From a virus: a DNA stretch of 64,000 bases. Below, piece by piece: positions 56,568 through 64,000 of this stretch; the first letter of the stretch is position 1; each line of letters opens with the position of its first letter. The stretch lies in IMG/VR virus record IMGVR_UViG_3300029922_000003; one strand, given 5' to 3'. The position numbers and the translations under genes are program-made. The notes under the pieces are model-generated. The model ran no database searches and was not told the origin of the DNA. It worked only from the letters and a program-made list of their open reading frames with translations.

Positions 56568-58298
56568 TTACTCTGCGTCAGGGGATTCTTCTTTCTTCTC
56601 TTCTTTTTCCTCTTTCTTAGGCTCTTCCTTCTTTTCAGCAGGAGCGCCTTCTGATTTTTCTGGAGGGGCGGGAGGACCATCTTGAGAAGGGGCATCTCCA
56701 CCTGGGGCTCCACCAGGAGCTGCACCATCTGGCGCACCACCCTGATCACCACCGCCGGTTAGTCCAAGTTCGTGTAGAACCTGAGTAGCCTCTTCTTCCG
56801 AAATCTGTCCAGTCTGGAGAAGCTCTTGGAGAGCCTGAAGGATCTGCTGCATTTCTGGAGGAAGATTAGCGATCTTCTCTTCGCGAACTGCGGCTACCTT
56901 AGAAACAATAGCTGATTTGATATTCTCTTTGGCAAGAACCTTAGCGTCTTCGATAGCAGCCTGCTTGAGGTAATCCTCAATCTGCTCTTCGTTGTACCCA
57001 GCGGCCTTGAGCTGCTCTGCCTTGTCAGAAACTAACTTAGCGATCTTCTCGTTGATCTCGATCTCTTCAGTGGCTTTCTTTACAAAAGCGTCGATATCTT
57101 CCTTGCTGTAGCCGAGTTCTGTGAGAGCGGCAACCTTACGGCCAATAAATTCATTGATGGAAGCCTCTTTCTTCTTAGAAGATAGAGTCTCTGCATCAAA
57201 CTTAGCAGCCTGCTTGACAAGCTCAGTAATCTCCGCATCAGTCTTGCCTTCGGAAACCCATGTGGCGACCTTAGCATTGATGTTAACTTCGATCTGAGCG
57301 ACCTGCTCGGGAGTAAAAAGTTCGGCAGCAACCTTACCTGGGACCTGTTCTGGTCCAGGGGCAGCATCACCAGAGGCACCTGGAGCAGCTCCACCTTGAG
57401 AGGCGGACTGAAGTTCCATAACAATCTGCTGAGCCTGCTCTGGAGTGACCTGCCCTTCTTGGACAAGTTCCTGAAGAGCCTGAAGGATGGCCTGGATTTC
57501 TCCACCACCATCTCCACCAGCTGCGGAAGGATCAGGGGCTCCACCAGCGTCAGGGCCGGCAGCAGCACCAGCGTCGGGAGCGGGGGCTCCACCAGCGGCA
57601 GAAGGGTCTACGGTAGGAGGGGTTACGTCATCGGCAACCTTACGTCCGAGTGTGGAAAACAGAAAACGTCCAAGCTCATATCCAACGGAAACGTTGCGAT
57701 AGCTGGAAGCAATTTTGGTAGCAATAAGATCTAGCTTATCTTCGGAAGCAGCCTTCTCTTCGCGATCATCCTTTTCGAGTTCTTTCTTAGCATCGGGCTT
57801 CTTCTCATCCTCATCAGCCTTAGTGACTGTAGCGGGTTCTGGGAGCTTGCGAGATGTTTTGGAATCTTTATCGCCCTTAGCGACCTCTTCGAGTGATTCG
57901 CCCTTGCCCTTAGCAGCTGGGGTCTCATCCTTCTCGATCTCTTCCTGAGCAACCTTGATGCTATTTAGGAGACGATTAACAAGAGACTCTGGCTCGTCGG
58001 AAGCAACCTTGCTGGAAGCAGGAACTTCTTTGCGCTCAGGAGACTCTTCCTTGGGGGAGAATTGTCCTTCGACTTTCTCGTCAGCCTCTACGCCGCGAGT
58101 AGAAAGTGGGTCAGTTGGTCCACCCTTAGTCTCACCACCACCAGGAAGCTCTTCTTTAACTTCTGGGTCAGTGTGTGCTTCTGGTGCCTTGGAATCTTCC
58201 TTGCCCTGCTCATAAAGAGCAATCTTTTCGGATTCCCCAACGAACTTGCGGAAGTCTTCTAGTGTGGCATTGAATTTGGGAGCTTTTCTCTTATTCAT
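56568..58298 (-). CDS. Scaffolding/core-like protein (acidic, low complexity, repeated helical modules)
   Basis: 576 aa; duplicated ILQALQEL module; three (G/Y)-S/N/T-x-E-x-I modules; Gly/Ala/Pro linkers; more than a dozen KxA motifs. Confidence 0.7.
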   Translation of the reverse strand: MNKRKAPKFNATLEDFRKFVGESEKIALYEQGKEDSKAPEAHTDPEVKEELPGGGETKGGPTDPLSTRGVEADEKVEGQFSPKEESPERKEVPASSKVASDEPESLVNRLLNSIKVAQEEIEKDETPAAKGKGESLEEVAKGDKDSKTSRKLPEPATVTKADEDEKKPDAKKELEKDDREEKAASEDKLDLIATKIASSYRNVSVGYELGRFLFSTLGRKVADDVTPPTVDPSAAGGAPAPDAGAAAGPDAGGAPDPSAAGGDGGGEIQAILQALQELVQEGQVTPEQAQQIVMELQSASQGGAAPGASGDAAPGPEQVPGKVAAELFTPEQVAQIEVNINAKVATWVSEGKTDAEITELVKQAAKFDAETLSSKKKEASINEFIGRKVAALTELGYSKEDIDAFVKKATEEIEINEKIAKLVSDKAEQLKAAGYNEEQIEDYLKQAAIEDAKVLAKENIKSAIVSKVAAVREEKIANLPPEMQQILQALQELLQTGQISEEEATQVLHELGLTGGGDQGGAPDGAAPGGAPGGDAPSQDGPPAPPEKSEGAPAEKKEEPKKEEKEEKKEESPDAE

Positions 58299-58360
58299 AG
58301 TATTTGATAATGATGTTACGTGGGTTTTGTTTTTGTGTCTATTAAAAATTGATGAAATAG

Positions 58361-59689
58361 TTAATTTAATACAAGAGCATTAAATATCATTTCATCATTC
58401 GCTGACACGCTTTCCAAGACAGCTACCTTGTATGCCAGATACTGCCTCACAAGAGCTTGTGATTGTGCAGTAGCCCCAGACTTACATTGCGTCTGAGTCG
58501 GCGTCATTAGTGCTGCCATCTTGATTTTTTCTTCCTGCCATGTTGGCTCAATTGAAAACTGTCTCAATTCTGAAGTTGTGCCCTGAGTGAGGGGAATATT
58601 AATTGATGTGTTAGGATCAAATTCATGAATAGAAGCAATAGACTCGAGATTGCTAGCTTCTTTCAATTCACGCCTAATGCACTCACGAAGAATTGGCTCA
58701 GCTTGTTTGATGATTAATTCAAAGTCTTGATATCTAGATCCAGAAGCTAGTTTGAAGAAGTTTTTAAATGATAGTATGGACCCACTCTTTGCAAGAGCCC
58801 CAAACATTTCCTTCGGTGATTTATCCTGGAGTTCTCGCACAGCAGACTCAGAAAGGTCAATGTGATCCACTGGACTGTTGATGGACTTAACCCCAATAGC
58901 ATCAATACGCTTTTGCATCTCAGATAGTTTCTGTGCAATAGCCAACTTAGAAGTAGAGAGGATTCTATTCTCCAATAGCTCGGCAAGATCAGCCCCACCT
59001 AGTACCTCAGAGGAGTCAATTCCTGCAACCTTTGCAAGATCCATAGCAATCATGTCTGCGCCACGGTCAACCTTAGAGATATCATTCCAATATCCAGATT
59101 CGTTGATCATGTAGCACTTACGTCCATCAGGTAAAATTCTGTTTCTTCCAAAGGGAGCGCTGGCCTTCTTCTTGAGGTGCTCACAATACTGACTAGCGGT
59201 CTTACTGATGTTCCCACAAATACTGCACGTGTCGTGATCGCAATGCCAACCCATACTGAACTTCGCCTCTCCCCCTTTCTCTAGGTTTCCAAGCCAATCA
59301 GCACACTTGTCGTGGCTTGCAGCGATTAGGAGTTCGACTCTACCCATCTTTTCGTTGTAGGCAGATCTGATCACATCTCCGTCCCTCTGCTCACGCGGGA
59401 TCTTGCTGTTGTGGTTGCGATAAAGATTTGCCTTCTTAACAAAAGTGTCGTGAGAATTACGGCAGATAGCTTCTGGGAAAAAATCTGCATTAAGGTTTGA
59501 CCCAGTTTTCTCGCCAGCACCAAGTGCAATCAGGTGAATTAGTGTATGATCCTTGATGGGAGTAATCTCACCCCACGAATCCGTAACAGCACTAGCGATC
59601 TTACGACGGTCCTTAGGGTCGTCGACAATCTTTACAAGATGCTCTGCCTCTGGATAATCAAAGGAATCGTTGAATACTAATTTTCTCAT
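58361..59689 (-). CDS. Putative prohead maturation protease
   Basis: NADFFP, LYRNH, GRVELLI, FSMG (candidate catalytic Ser), CSIC...CEH zinc site; upstream of the scaffold and capsid genes. Confidence 0.65.
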   Translation of the reverse strand: MRKLVFNDSFDYPEAEHLVKIVDDPKDRRKIASAVTDSWGEITPIKDHTLIHLIALGAGEKTGSNLNADFFPEAICRNSHDTFVKKANLYRNHNSKIPREQRDGDVIRSAYNEKMGRVELLIAASHDKCADWLGNLEKGGEAKFSMGWHCDHDTCSICGNISKTASQYCEHLKKKASAPFGRNRILPDGRKCYMINESGYWNDISKVDRGADMIAMDLAKVAGIDSSEVLGGADLAELLENRILSTSKLAIAQKLSEMQKRIDAIGVKSINSPVDHIDLSESAVRELQDKSPKEMFGALAKSGSILSFKNFFKLASGSRYQDFELIIKQAEPILRECIRRELKEASNLESIASIHEFDPNTSINIPLTQGTTSELRQFSIEPTWQEEKIKMAALMTPTQTQCKSGATAQSQALVRQYLAYKVAVLESVSANDEMIFNALVLN

Positions 59690-60537
59690 TATGAGTTCTG
59701 AAAGGCGGGACGATTGGCAAACGCCTGATAAAGAAATGTTGTCAGAGCGGCTCCACCCAATCCACCAACAAGGTGTTTACTCACTCCTCCAAGGGATTTA
59801 ATCCCTGGGCGATATCTGGTAGCAGCCTGAACGTCTGCAGCCATTGAGTTGTTTTTAGTAGCCTTAGCTAGAAGATCTTTTAATTCCTTAAGCCTATCCT
59901 CTCCTTCTCCCTGATTCATTGCTTTGTCGTAATTGTCAGCAGCAGCAGTTAGTCCAACACCAGCTCCTTGGGCAGCAGTTCCAGCGGCTGCATAATTCTT
60001 CATTGCAATGTTTTTATCAAGGTGAGCCAATCCAGCACCACCAAGAGCACCAGCACCAGCTACAGCGCTAGTTGGGTTGATCGAGAAAGACTTAATTTTG
60101 TCCCATACACTAGGAACTGGATCAGGGCCAGCCCCTACCATCTTAGCAACAGAAGAGACGGCAGCAGGAGCAGCTAGTCCAGCAACGCCTCCAGCGGCAG
60201 CTCCAGTGAGCATTGAGTTTCTCTTGCGAGACTTGAAGTCGTCGTCAGTTTCAAATTCCCCCTGAGAACCGGTCTGGCTACCAATAGCAGCACCTAGCCC
60301 AGCTCCGGCAAGTCCAGTAGCAGCAGGTACTAGTGATGGATTCTTTTGGAAAGCAGTAGAGGCAGTGTCTGTAGCTTTCCCAAGAGCGTTGAGGATCTCA
60401 TCTTTGATACCAGCGTTCTTCACGCAAGTAAGAGCAAGATCTCCAATCTGTGCATCGAAGCACTGAAGCAAGAGCTTCTCATTTGGCTGAGATGCAAGTT
60501 TTTGGTCTACTCGTTTAAAAAGTTCAGTGAAGTCCAT
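59689..60537 (-). CDS. Glycine-zipper virion protein
   Basis: Several Gly/Ala hydrophobic helices; DDFKSRKR spacer similar to that of the MNKYA proteins. Confidence 0.7.
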   Translation of the reverse strand: MDFTELFKRVDQKLASQPNEKLLLQCFDAQIGDLALTCVKNAGIKDEILNALGKATDTASTAFQKNPSLVPAATGLAGAGLGAAIGSQTGSQGEFETDDDFKSRKRNSMLTGAAAGGVAGLAAPAAVSSVAKMVGAGPDPVPSVWDKIKSFSINPTSAVAGAGALGGAGLAHLDKNIAMKNYAAAGTAAQGAGVGLTAAADNYDKAMNQGEGEDRLKELKDLLAKATKNNSMAADVQAATRYRPGIKSLGGVSKHLVGGLGGAALTTFLYQAFANRPAFQNS

Positions 60538-60540
60538 AAA

Positions 60541-60906
60541 TTATACGTTGGTAACAGCCTCTCCAGAAAATGTATCAGACAGTGCCCTAAGAGTTGTTAG
60601 TGCTGTAGTGATTCTAGTCACTAGGATAGCAGCTAGAGCAGAGGACCTGGCAGCAGCGTTGGAATATGTTCCTCCATCAAAGGAGAATGTAAATGGCTGA
60701 AACCCTTTGCGAATATATACATACCTATCTGGAAGGGTCCAGGTGCTTGTAGTGTCATCATCTACGTTGCCATAGAATCCACCAACATCAACCTGGGGCT
60801 CTCCGAACTTCTGCATTGCAGCAAGATCGTCCTGGGAAAACTCTTCGTTCTTGATATCTACAAAGAACTTGTCGTCAGCTACATATTTAATAACTCTGAT
60901 TTTCAT
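60541..60906 (-). CDS. Hypothetical virion protein
   Basis: 121 aa within the head operon. Confidence 0.7.
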   Translation of the reverse strand: MKIRVIKYVADDKFFVDIKNEEFSQDDLAAMQKFGEPQVDVGGFYGNVDDDTTSTWTLPDRYVYIRKGFQPFTFSFDGGTYSNAAARSSALAAILVTRITTALTTLRALSDTFSGEAVTNV

Positions 60907-60908
60907 GA

Positions 60909-62342
60909 TTATTTACCTTGGGTAGCAGAAAAGTTTTTGGTCTTCAGGAGATTGTGCTCCAACTCCACAAGGGAGTTGGCAAAGTGAGGATCAATAGTTT
61001 GGGCAGTCCCCTGACGGAGAACCGAGCGAACAACATCCTTGATCATACTTGCGTGAGGAGCAAGTTCTGACATTGCATTGTAAGCATTAGCTACCTCTGC
61101 AGGATCCTGCTGAGAGATAATCTCGTCATGCATAAGCTCGCGGAGGATGGCTTCTCTCTTGATGTTTTCAACATCGTGGTCAGCCTGGGCTTTGATCTTG
61201 GGATGAGAATTGCCCTTTAGCTTAAGCTCATAGCCCTTACTGGCAAGATCGTCCTCAGAGCTGTGAGCGGGAACCAAACCAGAAACTCCAGAGATAGTCT
61301 TAGCTGGTCCATCCACTAGGGTATCAAGGATACCTGGGATCTTAGGGGCTTTAAATCCACCACTAGATGGCTTTGGTTTCGCAGGGGCATCTTCTGCCCC
61401 TTCTTTTTCAAAAAAAAGGGAATACGAGATATCACTAACCAAATCAACTGGGAATTCAGCAAACTTGTGAGATGCGACCTTCTTGTTGGATGATCCACCC
61501 CAAAGAAGATCAGAAGCATTGGATTTTTGCTCTACGATATTTCCAGCCTTCCTTACCAAAGACTTTAATTCTGCCTGCTTAGAATTAACCTCTTCCAGGG
61601 AGTTATTGAACTGAGCAGAATGCGTGGAGTACCTAGAGTCAGCCTCTACCATTTTCTCAAAAGCATCCATAAATGACGTAACCTTGTATGGTACGTGAGC
61701 AGCAATCTTGGGTGTCATCTCTGACATAGAGATCCCGTTACATTTGGCTACCAAGCCAAGGATCTTTCCGGCCCTTGGTGTATCAGAGTACTCTGAGAAA
61801 ATCTGAGCTGCATAGTCTGCAATTTTTTCTCTCTCGTGAGTGTACTGTAGAAGGTCGGTTGCTTCCTTCAGGGCCGAGGTAAAATTTTCTTTAGCCTCCA
61901 CGACAGAATCACGAGCTTCAGACAGTTCCCTGTCCTGCTCACCAATGGCGTGGTAAGCCTCTTTAATTCGAGAAGCTAGTGGCCTCTCAGAAGTGCTGGA
62001 TACAGAGTAATTATCCTCAACAACATTACCAGTGAATACTGCGTTAAAGTCGTCATCAAAAGACTGGAAAGATGCTGTTTTATCCTGCTTAGTAGTTGGA
62101 GCAAATGATTGCTTGATGATCTCCTTCTTGTCAGCAATATCAAAGTCAGCTGTCTTATCAGAAGCCAGTTTTACATAAGCCTTTGTCTTAGCAATATTAA
62201 AGGCTTCAACAACTCTGCTAATTGTCTCTGGGTTGAGCTCCTGCTCCTGGGCTACCTTAACAATGCTCTCGTTTGCAGAGAGTCCACTGTTGTGTAGCTT
62301 GATAGCACTATTTAGTGCGTTTTCGATGCGCTCGTAGATCAT
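60909..62342 (-). CDS. Helical head-associated protein (K-x-A rich)
   Basis: 477 aa coiled coil with many KxA motifs. Confidence 0.75.
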   Translation of the reverse strand: MIYERIENALNSAIKLHNSGLSANESIVKVAQEQELNPETISRVVEAFNIAKTKAYVKLASDKTADFDIADKKEIIKQSFAPTTKQDKTASFQSFDDDFNAVFTGNVVEDNYSVSSTSERPLASRIKEAYHAIGEQDRELSEARDSVVEAKENFTSALKEATDLLQYTHEREKIADYAAQIFSEYSDTPRAGKILGLVAKCNGISMSEMTPKIAAHVPYKVTSFMDAFEKMVEADSRYSTHSAQFNNSLEEVNSKQAELKSLVRKAGNIVEQKSNASDLLWGGSSNKKVASHKFAEFPVDLVSDISYSLFFEKEGAEDAPAKPKPSSGGFKAPKIPGILDTLVDGPAKTISGVSGLVPAHSSEDDLASKGYELKLKGNSHPKIKAQADHDVENIKREAILRELMHDEIISQQDPAEVANAYNAMSELAPHASMIKDVVRSVLRQGTAQTIDPHFANSLVELEHNLLKTKNFSATQGK

Positions 62343-62345
62343 GTT

Positions 62346-62356
62346 TCAAATATACC
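62346..62356 (-). promoter_or_regulatory. GGTATATTTGA motif 3 nt before the ATG (candidate late promoter)
   Basis: Identical to 41570-41580 with the same spacing. Confidence 0.55.
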
Positions 62357-62361
62357 TTATG

Positions 62362-63258
62362 TTATAGGGCTTGTGGAGCAGAATATTCAATTTGTTTAAC
62401 TTCCTGCTTGTCCTTTAATGACAACTCCCTCTCTTTATCTCCAATCATTTTCCTCACTGGATCATTATAGTCAAGACTAGAAGACACTTCCTTGATCCCA
62501 CCCCAAAGAGCTTTTCTGAAGTAATCCCCATTTGCGATAGCACCCTCTGCTGTTTTGTTTTGTTCAGCAATACTCATGGCATTGGTGAGAGAGATGTGCC
62601 GCTCAAAGTCACAAGGCCTCGCCTTCATAGTCATTCTTGCACCAAGTACAAACTCACTAGCCTGCATTTCAAGAGACTGCCTCATTGATTCAGATATCTT
62701 CTTTGAAACATCCGTAGCCACATTCATTCTCCTCTGTAGCAGGTTCCTTGAAATCTGCCACCCAAAGGCATACGAAAGTCCCAACCAAAGACAAGTAGCT
62801 GCAACATCTTCAGTAAGCTGCTCAGACTTATTGTATGGAGAAATAAGGGAGTAAATAAGTGTATCGCAATCCAAATACTCTTCTACATCAAAAAATAGCT
62901 TCAGGTAGCAATCAATATTCTTTCGTTTAGTCCTAAAGCTTTTTGCTATGTCTTCTATATTTTTACCGCCAAGAAACATAGCCTGTATTGTAGTCCCAAG
63001 CCCATTGTTAACATTGCCACAAAAACAGGAATATGCGTACCTGACCTCTGGGTAGTGACACGCACCATGTACAAGCAGTGAATAAAAATCTATGACATAC
63101 TTGTCGTCTTCCGATAGTGGTATTACAGATGGATTTTGCTCCCCACGCTGCTGAGCCTCTTGGTAAGCACGACGATACTCTAGCGCCTGCTGCGCCCTCC
63201 ATGCTGGTGTATAATTGGGGTCGGAACTAAAGTCCCGAGAGTACATCTTTATGCTCAT
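62362..63258 (-). CDS. Hypothetical protein (possible helix-turn-helix DNA-binding protein)
   Basis: 298 aa; IEDIAKSFRTKRKNIDCYLKLFFDV. Confidence 0.7.
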   Translation of the reverse strand: MSIKMYSRDFSSDPNYTPAWRAQQALEYRRAYQEAQQRGEQNPSVIPLSEDDKYVIDFYSLLVHGACHYPEVRYAYSCFCGNVNNGLGTTIQAMFLGGKNIEDIAKSFRTKRKNIDCYLKLFFDVEEYLDCDTLIYSLISPYNKSEQLTEDVAATCLWLGLSYAFGWQISRNLLQRRMNVATDVSKKISESMRQSLEMQASEFVLGARMTMKARPCDFERHISLTNAMSIAEQNKTAEGAIANGDYFRKALWGGIKEVSSSLDYNDPVRKMIGDKERELSLKDKQEVKQIEYSAPQAL

Positions 63259-63505
63259 ACTAATTCGGATATTTATATGCGAAAACTGCGGCGAGCATTT
63301 GGACAGAGATCAGAATGCCGCGAAAAACATTCTTCAATTTGCCGGTGGACAGCCGGTTAAAGGACATGGAGAGCATATCAGTCACGCCAAGGCTTCGGCC
63401 TCGGCGCGCAATGCTCGTCGAAGTGTCAACCAACCTAGCTCTGCAAATGTCTAGCATATTTGTATTCAAGGAATCCCCGCGCCTTCAGGCCGGTGAGGAT
63501 GTCAA
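63259..63505 (+). mobile_element. IS200/IS605 remnant: tnpB 3' fragment plus right end (left boundary uncertain)
   Basis: RIFICENCGEHLDRDQNAAKNIL (TnpB zinc finger and RuvC III); right end GAAT-CCCCGCGCCTTCAGGCCGGTGAGG-ATG-TCAA. Confidence 0.85.
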
Positions 63506-64000
63506 CCGTGATTAGAATCATAGTACTTCTGATCCAGATCTGCAAGCTGAGTTGTTGCCCCATTATCTTTTAGCTTTCTATAAACATTCAACTTGTCTGC
63601 TGGAGACAACCCCTGAACCTGATTAGAGAAGCTATCTCCAAAGTATTTATTTAAGACTGGGCTCTGTGCAATCTGATCCATACGGCCACTGTCGCTAGTG
63701 TCGTACATATGGTCTCCCGCAATATTTAGGCCCTGTGTAGCAATAATATTGGGGGCATAATTGCCCACATGTTTAATCCCCCTAGTAAAAGCCCCATCAG
63801 CTGCATTTGGGGGGACCAGCTTGTGCTCTCCAATTATATGCCCAATACCTGGGGTGTTGTTTACATAATCCTTGGGCATATTAAGGACTCCTTTTGCAAC
63901 CCTTCCAGCAGCTTCAATCCCCTCACCAGCTCTATCCAAATTCATCAACCTAGCTCCGGCACCAATTGCTTTGGCACCAAGACCAAGCCCCTTACCCAAC
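63502..64000 (-). CDS. Gly-rich hypothetical protein, C-terminal part (start beyond the right edge)
   Basis: Open to the window end; its TGA stop lies inside the IS right end. Confidence 0.7.
   Translation of the reverse strand, partial: LGKGLGLGAKAIGAGARLMNLDRAGEGIEAAGRVAKGVLNMPKDYVNNTPGIGHIIGEHKLVPPNAADGAFTRGIKHVGNYAPNIIATQGLNIAGDHMYDTSDSGRMDQIAQSPVLNKYFGDSFSNQVQGLSPADKLNVYRKLKDNGATTQLADLDQKYYDSNHG

Noticed and set aside
54692-58262. Long plus-strand ORFs antisense to the capsid and scaffold genes (for example 54692..55552)
   Set aside because: Typical antisense shadows of strongly codon-biased genes, with no protein-like motifs.
60909-62342. 477-aa protein as the portal
   Set aside because: The size fits, but it is a KxA-rich coiled coil with no portal features I can recognise; the portal probably lies outside the window.

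Overview
This window is a 64-kb segment of a large tailed dsDNA bacteriophage with a contractile (myovirus-type) tail, read in the standard genetic code. Nearly all genes are on the minus strand and tightly coupled, with many ATGA/TGATG overlaps and A-rich, largely Shine-Dalgarno-free starts. From left to right it contains: (1) about 0-9.5 kb, accessory and DNA-metabolism genes (glycosyltransferase-like fragment, PolB-type 3'-5' exonuclease, Mre11/Rad50 pair, a Ycf46-like AAA+ ATPase/DUF1257/DUF2997 module, small membrane ORFs); (2) a plus-strand large terminase split at Walker B by a 442-aa intein whose LAGLIDADG endonuclease is encoded in the +1 frame; (3) an RNA island at 16.7-19.2 kb with a tmRNA carrying a 34-aa tag, two degenerate tRNA-like elements, a DUF559-type endonuclease followed directly by a structured RNA of about 237 nt, and further hairpins; (4) 19.2-52.4 kb, fibre, baseplate, tail and neck genes, including three Cys-flanked mini-collagens, five paralogous adaptor-like genes, a signal-peptide-bearing fibre protein, an embedded sigma factor, tape measure, dNMP kinase, a complete IS605-type tnpA/tnpB element, a candidate frameshifted tail chaperone, spike, tube and sheath; (5) 52.4-64 kb, head genes (major capsid, decoration, scaffold-like, putative protease, glycine-zipper proteins) rich in a K-x-A motif, plus a tnpB/right-end remnant. 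No portal gene was recognised and no CRISPR array is present. All product calls come from motif recognition by eye; no database search was run.
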